Positions 1 to 10,300 of a DNA stretch of 64,000 nt are shown here, piece after piece. The notes below the pieces were generated by a model. The model ran no database searches. It had not been told where the DNA came from and saw only the letters and a list, made by a program, of their open reading frames with translations. The translations under genes and the position numbers were made by a program. Source of the stretch: a virus; IMG/VR virus record IMGVR_UViG_3300027763_000038, positions 1 through 64,000 of that record. The stretch is one strand, 5' to 3'. How positions within the stretch are numbered: position 1 is the first letter of the stretch; each line of letters starts with the position of its first letter.

Positions 1-2
1 CC

Positions 3-347
3 CAATCAGTAGCTGTTCCTCAAGCATGGAATGTATTACAGTTAGCAGTAGCAGATATAGTCCAACAAATTCAATTAACTCATCCAGAACTAAAAGGATC
101 TAATAAAAAAGAAATAGCTATGAATGCCGTTTCTAGTTTTTATGATCAGGTTTTTTTAGTAGTAGAATTTCCCTTTCTACCACACTTCCTACAACCTATT
201 ATACAAAGGTACGTTAAACAACTGTTGATGATTTTGGTAGGAGCTTCCATAGATGCTATGGTTACCACCTTTAAAAACACTGGTGTTTTCAGTACTCCAA
301 CAGTTGATAACACAGTCGATAATATTCCCAAAGTTTCAGATAAATGA
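3..347 (+). CDS. Hypothetical protein, 5'-truncated by window edge; holin-like (LL-H-type) character
   Basis: Frame is open from base 3 (QSVAVPQAWNVLQ...ELKGSNKKEIAMNAV...). The G-x-x-K-K-x-x-A pattern and hydrophobic stretches recall LL-H-like holins; the track's ATG at 120 is internal. Confidence 0.55.
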   Translation, partial: QSVAVPQAWNVLQLAVADIVQQIQLTHPELKGSNKKEIAMNAVSSFYDQVFLVVEFPFLPHFLQPIIQRYVKQLLMILVGASIDAMVTTFKNTGVFSTPTVDNTVDNIPKVSDK

Positions 348-362
348 GAAAGAGAGATTCCA

Positions 363-752
363 ATGAATTTCACAGAAAGTTTTCAAGAGTTTAGTAGTCG
401 TTTGAGCACAATGGATTTGGCTCTTTATGCTGGCGCTGGTCTTGTACTATGGGTTTTATTTAAGGATAAGTTGAGTCCTGTACAAACATTCTTGGGTGGT
501 CTATTAGCTAAAATGAAAGGCTCTACTCCTTCTTCTGTTGTGCCAATTGTTGTACCATCAGTTGATGCTGTTGTTGTTCCAAAGTTAGTAGCTAATCAAC
601 CAGATGATACTTTTTTTAAGTTAGTTGTATCATGGAAGCAAACCAGAGATTTGGCTGTTCAAAGCGGTTGCGGCGAAGCAGTTAAGGTTGCTGACCAAAT
701 GTTTCCTTTCCTAAGTCCCAATGTTTGCAAAAAAGAGGATAAAGTATCATGA
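363..752 (+). CDS. Membrane protein with one N-terminal TM helix
   Basis: LALYAGAGLVLWVLF hydrophobic helix; ATGA overlap with the next gene. Confidence 0.75.
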   Translation: MNFTESFQEFSSRLSTMDLALYAGAGLVLWVLFKDKLSPVQTFLGGLLAKMKGSTPSSVVPIVVPSVDAVVVPKLVANQPDDTFFKLVVSWKQTRDLAVQSGCGEAVKVADQMFPFLSPNVCKKEDKVS

Positions 753-1240
753 GCATGGATAAAAAAGTATTATTAGCACTAGGTGGTTTACTCATTTTAG
801 TAGGCCTACTTAAGCCAGAGTTTTCTGATATGTTTAAACCTAGGCCAGCTGTAGTAGATGTTCTTGAATTATCAGTACCAACAGATGAAGCTGTAAAAAA
901 AGAAGCTGATGATGTTGTGGTAGTTCTAAAAGAAGCTGGCATCAAGTCAGAAGCTAGGAAGCTAAGAGATTTATATATTGATTTAGCAAAGCTAGTTGAA
1001 CTTGATGGTGAAGATGAAGTAATTAAAAGTACTGAAGAAATTCGTCAGGCTAATAGTCTAGCTGGTATTATGCTCAGGTTGGATATGAAAGGTAAGTATC
1101 CAAATCTAGCTAAAGAAGCAAAAGAAGTAGTAGTCGCTTCTATTGGTGATGATCAAATTCTTTTATCAAAAGAGCTAAGAGTTAAAGCTGTAGAAGGTCT
1201 TAATGCTTTAGCTTGGGCTTGCAACGAAGGGTCAAAATAA
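749..1240 (+). CDS. N-terminally anchored helical protein (exported or periplasmic)
   Basis: KKVLLALGGLLILVGLL signal anchor; TAATG coupling to the peptidase gene. Confidence 0.75.
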   Translation: MSMDKKVLLALGGLLILVGLLKPEFSDMFKPRPAVVDVLELSVPTDEAVKKEADDVVVVLKEAGIKSEARKLRDLYIDLAKLVELDGEDEVIKSTEEIRQANSLAGIMLRLDMKGKYPNLAKEAKEVVVASIGDDQILLSKELRVKAVEGLNALAWACNEGSK

Positions 1241-2166
1241 TGCCACGGTATTCTCCAAAAGAACTTTACGATAACTATCGTCAAGGATTTAGTGGTTGCA
1301 TATGGGAGCAACACGTATACGACCATTTTATGGAGAATGCAAAATATCCATTGTTTGGTGATGCTAGTAAAAAAATTAAGAATTCAGGTAAGGGCAAACT
1401 TTCAACACCATACAAAAGTGTGTTGAGATTTGAGAAGAATCCTTATAATGAACGACAAACTGTCGGAGATTGTGTTAGTCATGGAACACGAAATGCTTGT
1501 GATGTTACTAGAGCAGTCGAAATAGATGTGAATAACGAAAGAGAAGATTGGGTAACCAAGGGAGCGACAGAAGCTATCTATGGTGCTAGAGGTTTCTCTG
1601 GAGAAGGCATGAGTTGCGCTAGGGCTGCTGAGTTTGTTAGTAAGATTGGAGGTATAGTTCTTAGAAAGAATTATCCAGGCATTGCTGACTTTAGTAAATA
1701 CAATGGTAATCTAGGTGCTGGCTGGGGAGGCAGAGGACTTCCAGATAAAGTATTAGACTTAGCCAATGATCATCAGATTAAGACTGCTTCACTAATCAGA
1801 ACAGTAGAAGAGGCTCGTGATGCTCTTTCTAATGGTTATGGAGTAGCAGTATGTTCTAATTATGGTTTTAGTAACACAAGAGATAAAAAGGGATTTGCTA
1901 GACAATCTGGTAGTTGGGGACATTGCATGGCTTGGATAGCATGTGATGATACTGGTAGTGAGCCAGCCTTTTTAGTCCAAAATAGCTGGGGTAAGTGGAA
2001 TGATGGAGGACATCCAGAATGGGGTCCAATTCCAGATGGTTCATTTTTAATTCATGCTGATGTGGCTGCTGGTATGCTCGCCATGAATGGATCATATACA
2101 TTTAGCAGTTTTGACGGTTTTCCTCTCCAAAAGCTACCAAGCTATGGATTTGAAGACTATCTCTAA
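1240..2166 (+). CDS. Papain-like (C1-type) cysteine peptidase
   Basis: Q-T-V-G-D-C (oxyanion Gln, catalytic Cys at 1471), WGHCM (His), QNSWG (Asn); start set at ATG 1240 by TAATG coupling. Confidence 0.88.
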   Translation: MPRYSPKELYDNYRQGFSGCIWEQHVYDHFMENAKYPLFGDASKKIKNSGKGKLSTPYKSVLRFEKNPYNERQTVGDCVSHGTRNACDVTRAVEIDVNNEREDWVTKGATEAIYGARGFSGEGMSCARAAEFVSKIGGIVLRKNYPGIADFSKYNGNLGAGWGGRGLPDKVLDLANDHQIKTASLIRTVEEARDALSNGYGVAVCSNYGFSNTRDKKGFARQSGSWGHCMAWIACDDTGSEPAFLVQNSWGKWNDGGHPEWGPIPDGSFLIHADVAAGMLAMNGSYTFSSFDGFPLQKLPSYGFEDYL

Positions 2167-2204
2167 AATTCGCAATTAGCTATTTTAAACCATCATCTCT
2201 ATTA

Positions 2205-2211
2205 GGTGTAT
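2205..2211 (+). promoter_or_regulatory. Recurrent intergenic motif GGTGTAT (candidate phage-specific promoter)
   Basis: Same heptamer in the intergenic gaps at 4987 and 19200; variant AGTGTAT at 16888. Confidence 0.45.
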
Positions 2212-2248
2212 ATACTTATATGCTTAAATTCCTACTGGGAATAATTTT

Positions 2249-2443
2249 ATGAGACTAATAGATAGAATAGCTCTAAATAGAGCAATACAAATGCTTTTAG
2301 ATTTTATCTTAGCTATCATTAAGATGTTTGATAAAAGTACTCCTGAGAATAAACCAGATGGTCCAGTAAAACCAAGGCCAAAACCCAAAAGGCCTTTGAG
2401 AGATTTAGTGGACAATATATTACCATGGAGAGATAAGAAATGA
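2249..2443 (+). CDS. Small basic protein with amphipathic/hydrophobic helix
   Basis: 64-aa ORF, ATGA-coupled to the next gene. Confidence 0.65.
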   Translation: MRLIDRIALNRAIQMLLDFILAIIKMFDKSTPENKPDGPVKPRPKPKRPLRDLVDNILPWRDKK

Positions 2444-2781
2444 ATAAATTATTTGTTGGTTTATTTTGCGTTAGTTTATTATTTACTCAGTCTCACTACT
2501 ATGGGTCAACAACAGCCCCAGTAACTCTTGCTGGAGGCATTATTAAAGCCAAGCATGTGCAGGAAGTATCCCAAAAGTATAAAAGAAAAGATTGCCCAGT
2601 TTGCAAGGGTAAGGGTTGGTATATGAGTGGTGATGGTATTCTTAAAATTGATTGTACATATTGTGAAGCAGATAAAGGATCAATTTCTATAGGTCCAATT
2701 AAGTCATTTAACCCACAAACCCCCTCTCCAAAAGCATATTCAGCACCATGTCCCGACGGCAAATGCCCTCTTAAAAAATAA
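2440..2781 (+). CDS. Signal-peptide protein with DnaJ-type Zn finger
   Basis: N-terminal signal-like stretch; CPVCKGKG...CTYC; C-terminal CPDGKCP. Confidence 0.7.
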   Translation: MNKLFVGLFCVSLLFTQSHYYGSTTAPVTLAGGIIKAKHVQEVSQKYKRKDCPVCKGKGWYMSGDGILKIDCTYCEADKGSISIGPIKSFNPQTPSPKAYSAPCPDGKCPLKK

Positions 2782-2802
2782 ATACGGGGAGTTTGAAATC
2801 AT

Positions 2803-4983
2803 ATGTTTGATCCAAGCCTTCCTCCCCCATTTCCTATTGTAGAAGATGATTTAGTTTATGTTATAACTGGATACAATAAAATTAATTGTTTACCAGACTC
2901 TAGAGAATCATCAATACAAAACTTAAGAAGATATTTAGTACAGATCAGTGGAGTTTCTGGTATTGGGGTTCGTAATATTGATGGGTTTCCATTCATATAC
3001 TCCACTGCTCAAGAAGATAATTTAATAGACATTAACTATTCTAGTTCCTATCCATATTATCAAAGTATTGCAACTACTGGATTAAATGCCAGGATTGGTA
3101 ATAACATGGAAATCCAGTTTGCTACAGGAACTCCAGCAGCTAATAAATATGGTGGAGTAGGAGGCAAATATTTTAGCGGAATTATTTCTACTACGGGACT
3201 TAATACTAAAACAGAAAATCTAATAGTAAGAGATTTTGAAAGTATTTGGCCTTATAGTGGTATTATCTACAATACTGGTTTAAATGCCCGAGTTGGTAAT
3301 AACATGGAGATTCAATTTACCACAGGTACACCAGCAGCTAATCTATACGGAGGTGTTGGTGGTAAATATCTTAGTGGAATTGTTTCTACCACAGGACTTA
3401 ATGCTAGAACAGAAAATCTAATAGTACGAGATTTTGAGACCATATGGCCATATAGTGGAGTGATATATAATACTGGATTAAATGCTGTCGTTGGAAATAA
3501 TATGGAGGTTCAGTTCTATTCAGGCACACCGGCAGCAGATAGATATGGTAGAGTTGGGGGTAAGTATGTTAGTGGAATTATTTCAACAACAGGACTCAAT
3601 GCTCGCACCGAAAACTTAATAGTAAGAGATTTTGAAAGTCTCTGGCCTTATAGCGGAGTAATCTACAATACTGGACTCAATGCCGTTATCGGAAACAATA
3701 TGGAGATCCAATTCTACTCAGGAACACCCGCTGCAAATAAATATGGTAGAGTTGGAGGCAAATATATCAGTGGTATTATTTCTACTACAGGATTAAATGC
3801 TCGTACAGAGAATCTGATAGTACGAGACTTCGAAACTACTTGGCCTTACAGTGGAGTAATATATAATACTGGACTTAATGCTAGAGCAGGAAATTTGATA
3901 GAAATTCAATATAAAACATCTTCTCCAGCAGGAGGTCTTTACGGAGGTACAGAAGTTAAATATTGGTCTGGTATTATTTCTACCACTGGATTGAATATAG
4001 TTGATGGGAAAAATATTGCATATACTATAGATAATTCATTTCCATATAAATATACTATTTTTACAGTAGATAAAGCAGTTATTGCCACAGGATCTATAAC
4101 CTACTCAAATAATAATATATCCTCTAATGGCTATAGTTCAAATGTAATATCTTATACAGATACAAGTCTTTTAATAGATTATAGTATATTATATACTTCA
4201 AAAACTAATGAAACTATTGATTTAATATCTACTTTTAAATTTTTATTGCCAGAAAATAACGTAGAATTTTATGTGCCTTTTGCTGGTTATGATGGAACTC
4301 TTTCTCGTGGTAATACTAGAGCAGAATTAGAGGCGATAGGCGGAATACTTAATACTCCGTGGGTAGGAATAGTAAGCGGTTGTCCTGGGCCGGGTACTAC
4401 TAGTCCTGCTTGTCAAGCTTATACATATTCTGATAATACCTTACCATTAACTTCACCTGCTAACTCTTATGATTTACAATATTGGGAACCAATAGAGTTA
4501 AAAATAATAGCAGGATCATTTGAATTTACTATCTCCTGTACTGGAGGTGCTTCAAGTGTATTTGCTAAATACCCTGTAGTTTTTACTAATCTTGGTACTG
4601 GTATTCCAAACCCAAGCGGAGGCATTAGCTATCAATTTGGCTCAAATTTGATTTATGAAAAATATAGATCATCAACAAATAGTTCTCATAAATATGCTAT
4701 TAATAATGTAGATCCAATGGAAATAGAATATTTTCAACAATTACTGATAAATAGTAACTCAATGAATTCTCAAAACTCAATTGCTCCACTAGTTAATATC
4801 TCTAATTTTGGATATACTAGAACATACAGGAAAAAGATAGGTATGCAATACCCATGCGAGCCAGACTGCACAACCCCTTTTTATCTTTATCCACAACCAG
4901 TATATAGATATGTAACATATACAGGATATAATCAATCAGCTTTTTCAATTGGTCAAAGATCCTTTAAAACTAAAAATGTATAA
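2803..4983 (+). CDS. 726-aa repeat protein (likely virion or surface protein)
   Basis: SD-like GGGAG upstream; about 4.7 copies of a 66-aa repeat; Gly/Ser/Thr/Tyr-rich; Cys-containing C-terminal region. Confidence 0.8.
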   Translation: MFDPSLPPPFPIVEDDLVYVITGYNKINCLPDSRESSIQNLRRYLVQISGVSGIGVRNIDGFPFIYSTAQEDNLIDINYSSSYPYYQSIATTGLNARIGNNMEIQFATGTPAANKYGGVGGKYFSGIISTTGLNTKTENLIVRDFESIWPYSGIIYNTGLNARVGNNMEIQFTTGTPAANLYGGVGGKYLSGIVSTTGLNARTENLIVRDFETIWPYSGVIYNTGLNAVVGNNMEVQFYSGTPAADRYGRVGGKYVSGIISTTGLNARTENLIVRDFESLWPYSGVIYNTGLNAVIGNNMEIQFYSGTPAANKYGRVGGKYISGIISTTGLNARTENLIVRDFETTWPYSGVIYNTGLNARAGNLIEIQYKTSSPAGGLYGGTEVKYWSGIISTTGLNIVDGKNIAYTIDNSFPYKYTIFTVDKAVIATGSITYSNNNISSNGYSSNVISYTDTSLLIDYSILYTSKTNETIDLISTFKFLLPENNVEFYVPFAGYDGTLSRGNTRAELEAIGGILNTPWVGIVSGCPGPGTTSPACQAYTYSDNTLPLTSPANSYDLQYWEPIELKIIAGSFEFTISCTGGASSVFAKYPVVFTNLGTGIPNPSGGISYQFGSNLIYEKYRSSTNSSHKYAINNVDPMEIEYFQQLLINSNSMNSQNSIAPLVNISNFGYTRTYRKKIGMQYPCEPDCTTPFYLYPQPVYRYVTYTGYNQSAFSIGQRSFKTKNV
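3076..3996 (+). repeat. 198-bp (66-aa) intragenic tandem repeat, about 4.7 copies
   Basis: TGLN anchors at 3076, 3274, 3472, 3670, 3868 (exact 198-nt spacing); a second TGLN per unit from 3193 to 3985. Confidence 0.92.
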
Positions 4984-4986
4984 TAA

Positions 4987-4993
4987 GGTGTAT
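4987..4993 (+). promoter_or_regulatory. GGTGTAT motif copy
   Basis: Intergenic; ends 38 nt before ATG 5031, the same distance as the 2205 copy to ATG 2249. Confidence 0.45.
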
Positions 4994-5030
4994 CGAATTA
5001 AGATTCAATCATTTTAATAAGGTGATAATT

Positions 5031-5435
5031 ATGACAACTCCAGATAATGAAAAACTAAAAGCTATAGCTGTTAAAATTTTAGAAAAATCTAATGTACAAA
5101 AAGATGAAGTATATGGATTTGCTATTATTACTATTTTAATGATAATTAGTATAGTTCTAACGTGTGTTAGAGTTTTACAAGAATGTAATAAAAGTAAGAT
5201 GACTACTAATTCAACAGCAGAAGATAAATATTCTATGTATGGTGAACAGCTCCATACTTTTAGTGAGCGTCGAGGCTGGTTTACAAAAATGAGAATCAAG
5301 AAAATTTTACGCAGAGAAATGAACAGAGAAGATTATGAAAAGTATTCATTAAGTATTTTGAATGCTTTGTTAGAAACAGGAGAAGTTCTCACGGATGATG
5401 AAATTAAAACCCTAGTGGAGAATGCCAATGTTTAA
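5031..5435 (+). CDS. Membrane protein, one TM helix
   Basis: SD AAGGTGA before ATG 5031; TM FAIITILMIISIVLTCV. Confidence 0.75.
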   Translation: MTTPDNEKLKAIAVKILEKSNVQKDEVYGFAIITILMIISIVLTCVRVLQECNKSKMTTNSTAEDKYSMYGEQLHTFSERRGWFTKMRIKKILRREMNREDYEKYSLSILNALLETGEVLTDDEIKTLVENANV

Positions 5436-5679
5436 TATTTTAGTGTGGTGTGTTTACGGTCTATTTGTGGGATCTATTGCCAAAAGCCTAGTTCCCGGCG
5501 AAGAAAATTTCGGCTTTGTTAAGACTGTTGCTCTTGGAGTAGCTGGTTCTTATTTAGGTGGAGCCATAATGTATTTAATAGGACAATATAATAGCTTGAG
5601 TCCAGCAGGTATATTTATGGGTGTTACTGGTGGCACTTTAGCTCTTGTGGTTTATAATAAGCTAAATCAGACTAAATAA
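5428..5679 (+). CDS. GlsB/YeaQ/YmgE (transglycosylase-associated) family membrane protein
   Basis: W..GL.VG.IAK.LVPG...G...T..LGVAGS.LGG pattern; three TM helices; SD GGAG. Confidence 0.85.
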   Translation: MFNILVWCVYGLFVGSIAKSLVPGEENFGFVKTVALGVAGSYLGGAIMYLIGQYNSLSPAGIFMGVTGGTLALVVYNKLNQTK

Positions 5680-5717
5680 AGTCTCAGCTTGGCCTTTAGC
5701 TTAAATTAGACCAATAT

Positions 5718-7304
5718 ATGTTTACTCCAACCCAACTATATAATGAATACTCCGCAAATGTCTGTGAGGGTACTCCATATGACTTGATCCGTTTGGTCAA
5801 GTTTGTAAAACATTTAGATAGACCATGTTATAATCCAATAACTTCTGGAGTTCCAAATATTTCTCCAGCTCTTACTGGTAATATTAGTGGAACTGGCGCT
5901 AATAAATTAGGTATGCCTTTTAAATTCTTGATGAGACTAGATGCTGAAGCATTTACAGAAATTCAATCCAGTATTAAAAGCGGAACTGCTCATGGTATAA
6001 GAAATGCTTGTGATATTACACGAGCTTGTGATATAGAAGTTAGCGGCAATTATCAAGATTGGGAAGCCAGAATGTCTACAGAATATCTTGAATATTTTGC
6101 AGGCAATTCTTTACCAGACTGTTTAATGATGCTTGGTCCAGACGTAGTTTCTGGCATTTTATTAGATAGTGATGGAGAACCAGTAACCAGTACTCTTGGA
6201 AGATATACATATCCTGATGTAGAAAGAACCATAGGTTGTGACCAAGAATTGTCTTGTTTTGTTACTTCCGTACCGGGTTCTTTAGGAGCACCACATTCTT
6301 GTCAATTAAATCTGTTGACTATGAAAAGTACATGCGACAGTTGTAGTCCATGCACAAGAGAAGCAGATGATCCAGGTTATGCTACAGATCCGTGTTGTGC
6401 TGGTACTTGTAGAGAGAAAATGAATTTTTGTTGTGGTCAACCACAAACAAGTAGATTTGATTTTCAATATTTAGTACCATCTGAAGATAGTTATTTTGGT
6501 GGAAATACTTTAACTGGTTGGATTGATGAAGTTTTTAAACATATAGGAGTAGTTAAAAGAAAAAGGTATGATGGATATGCTAACTTTTTAGATCCTGTTG
6601 TTTCCTCTAGTATAAATATTTGTAAAAACGAACTAGCTCTAAAATATTTTCAAAAAAATAATGACTATGATTATGTCAAAAATACTGGAGAATCCAATAA
6701 TTTTGTTCCACGAATCAGAACTATTGGTTTTATCCAAAAAAATCAAACTAGTAGTGTTAAAGACCTACTATATAATGGTTACGGAGTAGTCTTATTTACT
6801 AATGTAGGATTTCCTAATACTAGAGATTCTACTGGATTAAGTTATCCTGACCGTAATCATTATCATACATATTCCATTATAGGATATGATGATCGTAAGA
6901 TAGAATATCCAGAGTGTGTATTTTTAATTGCCAATAGCTGGGGAAATTGGAATACTGGTGGTGGTCCTAGTTGGGGGCCAATACCAGACGGTAGTTTTCT
7001 AGTTACAGAAACCCACCTAAGTAAAATGGTAAAATTTAATCAAAATCCAGATTTAATAGGATGTCGTAAAAAAGAATGTCCCGAGCCATGTGACAGTATA
7101 ACAAGAGCAATGACTAATGCTTGTACGGAAGATGATTCTTGTGTTCCTTTTTCTTGCACAGACCATCAAAGTGCTTTTGGTTTAATTATAGGATTATCTA
7201 CTCATAGTGGCTTTCCGCCCAGAACTTTGGATTACAAGCAATTCTATCCTATAAATAAGTTTAAAAACCAAGAAACTACTCCTATTCTATATTTTGATCA
7301 ATAA
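5718..7304 (+). CDS. Papain-like peptidase paralogue with catalytic Cys replaced by Gly and Cys-rich insertions
   Basis: Shares HG.RNACD.TRA, GF.NTRD..G and NSWG.WN.GG.P.WGPIPDGSFL with 1240-2166; the nucleophile position reads KSGTAHG instead of GDCVSHG. Confidence 0.8.
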   Translation: MFTPTQLYNEYSANVCEGTPYDLIRLVKFVKHLDRPCYNPITSGVPNISPALTGNISGTGANKLGMPFKFLMRLDAEAFTEIQSSIKSGTAHGIRNACDITRACDIEVSGNYQDWEARMSTEYLEYFAGNSLPDCLMMLGPDVVSGILLDSDGEPVTSTLGRYTYPDVERTIGCDQELSCFVTSVPGSLGAPHSCQLNLLTMKSTCDSCSPCTREADDPGYATDPCCAGTCREKMNFCCGQPQTSRFDFQYLVPSEDSYFGGNTLTGWIDEVFKHIGVVKRKRYDGYANFLDPVVSSSINICKNELALKYFQKNNDYDYVKNTGESNNFVPRIRTIGFIQKNQTSSVKDLLYNGYGVVLFTNVGFPNTRDSTGLSYPDRNHYHTYSIIGYDDRKIEYPECVFLIANSWGNWNTGGGPSWGPIPDGSFLVTETHLSKMVKFNQNPDLIGCRKKECPEPCDSITRAMTNACTEDDSCVPFSCTDHQSAFGLIIGLSTHSGFPPRTLDYKQFYPINKFKNQETTPILYFDQ

Positions 7305-7316
7305 AAGGATATAATA

Positions 7317-10300
7317 ATGATGTCTGAATGGTGTGATTCTCATCATTGGTGGAAAGATGCTGAATTTAGTAATCCAAGTACAGCTATTCCAAGAAATCAA
7401 ATTGACGAAGTACAAGTTGATTCTTCTTTTTTTGCTTATTCTTTAATAGAAAATAGTCAGTGTTATTCTCAAATTCCATTTCTACAATGCAATAATATCA
7501 ATATTGTTTTAAGTACAGGAGGAGGAGTTACTAATGTAGGAAATATTAGAGGACTTTTTACTTGTGCAGAATTAGCTGCTGCAAATGTTGTTGCAGGGAA
7601 TAATATCATTTTTTCTCATTGGTATCCAAATACATATTGCCAGTGGAATATTAATTCTTTTTCTGGAGGATCAAATGATATTGATCAAATTATATTTGAA
7701 GGATTAAACTATTTTATTCTAACTAATAATTCTTTTATTCGTAAATCTTATATATCAGCAAATACTATCAATTTAAGTGGCGTAACTTTACAAAGCATAG
7801 ATAAATATGTTACTACTCTCAAAGCTAAAGGAGGAAATCTTTTTTCAACATTAGATAATGTCTCTTGCGTTGGAAATAGATTTCAGTATGATGGTTCTTT
7901 TTTAGTTAATAACTCTATTATTGAAGGAACGGGTAATGGAAAATTTATTTTCCAGAATAATTCTACCAATAAGGCAACTCTATCCGGATCATTTTTATTT
8001 GAAAACTGTATCAATGAAGGTAAAATATATGGTCAAAATACTTTCTTTATCTCTTCTGGGGGTAATTCTTGTGTTAACAATGGAACAGTATATGGAGATG
8101 CCATATTTAGTGGATTAGGGTCGGTTAATGCTGGTACTGTTTCTGGTACTACTATTTTTATTAGTGGAGGCATTAATAGAGGAACTATCTTAGAACCAGC
8201 TATTTTTTATTCTGGTACTTCTAATGAAGGAACATTATCAAAATATTCTTTATTTGACTATGCAACTAATAATGGACCACTACTTAGTGGTTCTAAGTTT
8301 ACATTTTCTACAAATAATTATTCTATTGGAGATGGTTCAGGAAATTTCTTATTTGAAAACAATTCACATAATCGAAAATCAATTGGTACTTCTGGTGTTA
8401 TTTCTTTCATTAATGGTTCTAATAATTGGGCAGCATTGAGCGCACCTTCTGCAACAGTCATTTTTGACTTAGCTTCATTTAATAGAGGAGGCCCAATACA
8501 AGGCATAGCTACTTTTGGATCAGAATGTGCTAATGTTATAGGGGGAATTTTAGTTACAGGTATTTTCAATAGTAATTCTATAAATAGTGGAATGATTTTA
8601 TCTTTAGGTGTTTTTAATGATTCATCCATTAATATGTGGGATGCTACAAATGCAATATTTAATAGTCGATCAGCTAATAGCGGAAGAATTATTGAAAGTG
8701 GAAGATTTGAAGATTCCTCACGTAATGGAGCTATTGTTAAGAATGGATATTTTTATGGTCGTAGTGCACATGCTTCTGGTGCTACAGCACAAATCAGCGC
8801 GATATTCTGTAATCAAGCTAGAAACGTAAGCGGATCTAAAATTAATCAATTAGCAGAATTTGGACAAAGCTCTATTAATTACGGAGGAGATACCGACACT
8901 AATGCTAGTTTTAACTTTTTTGAAAATGCTATTAATTATGGTTACATAAATAATGAAAAAGTTTTATTTTCTGGTTCTTCTATTAATAGAAATTATGGTA
9001 AAAAAATACATTTTTATAATTCGTCGATAAATGATACGACTGGTAGTGGTTATGAGGCTGCATTTTTAAATAGTTCAATTAATAATGGGTATATATCGTA
9101 TACAGGACACTTCTTCAATACTTCTCAGAATGGTAAACTAGGAGTATTAAATACAGGAATTTTTCATGATTTTGCTATAAATAATGGGTCTATGAGAAGA
9201 CCTTTGGTATCTGGACTTGAAGCATTAACATCTGGTTATCGTAAAATTGATATACTTGATAGTGGAATTAATAATGTTTCTCTGTATAACGTAGAATTTA
9301 ATGTAAAAACATCTGGAATAAATAGAGGTAATTTACAGTGGGTTTTTGATCCTCTAATAATCTTCACTACATCAGGAATATATAATACAGGAACCACCCC
9401 TTATTCAATAGTAGAGACAGGAACATTCCAAAGCTCTTATATTAGCGCAATCATTCCTAGTATAACTTTTGATGATAGCTCAATTAATAGAGGAACTATT
9501 GTTGGGTATAAAGAGATCAAATTCTTAAACAAATCTAGTAACTATGGAAACATTCGTACCTATCCTCCTATCGAGACGAACACACCATGTGTAACATTTA
9601 AAGGTAGTGGAAAAGTTTTCGATATACCTCCATCAGCCATTTTTTGTAAAAATTATGGAATTATTCAAAATGGCGCTACTTTTACAAGTGGAATTAATTT
9701 TTCGTCTATTGGTTCTGGTGATTTTACAGAGTCATCAAATTCTGGATCAGCAGAGTCTGCTCGATTTAACAAATCAAGAAATTTTGGTTCTATAAATAAA
9801 ATTGGAGTTTTTAATGATTCTTCTAATTTTGGTATAATAAATCAATCTGGTTTTTTCTATAACTCAATAAATATGGGTCCTGTATATAGTGGATATTTTA
9901 ATAAGTCTAGTAATTCAGGATCATTAGATATTGGTGAATTTGTCGATCAATCTAAAAATTCAGGAAATATTTTACAATCAGGTTCGTTTTTAAATTCTTA
10001 TAATGTTAATCAATTTATACCATTGCCATTAGCTACGTTTGCTGGAGCATCAAATAATTCTGGTATTGTAGCATTAGGCTATTATTATGGATCTTCTACA
10101 AATAGTAATACCGGGCTTGTTAATGAATTTTATGATTCATCAAAAAACAAAGGAACAGTATTTCGACAAGCAATGTTTAGTGGCTCATCAACGAATAGTG
10201 GACTGGTAGTAAATACTTCATATTTTAGAGGAAATAGCAGTAATCAAAATAGTGGTTTGGGATTATTATTTTTTTATGACTCAGCAAAAAATGAAAGTCT

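Noticed and set aside
3076-3996. CRISPR array or DGR template/variable repeat
   Set aside because: Repeats are in-frame 198-nt coding units with synonymous, not adenine-specific, differences; no spacers; no reverse transcriptase in the window.
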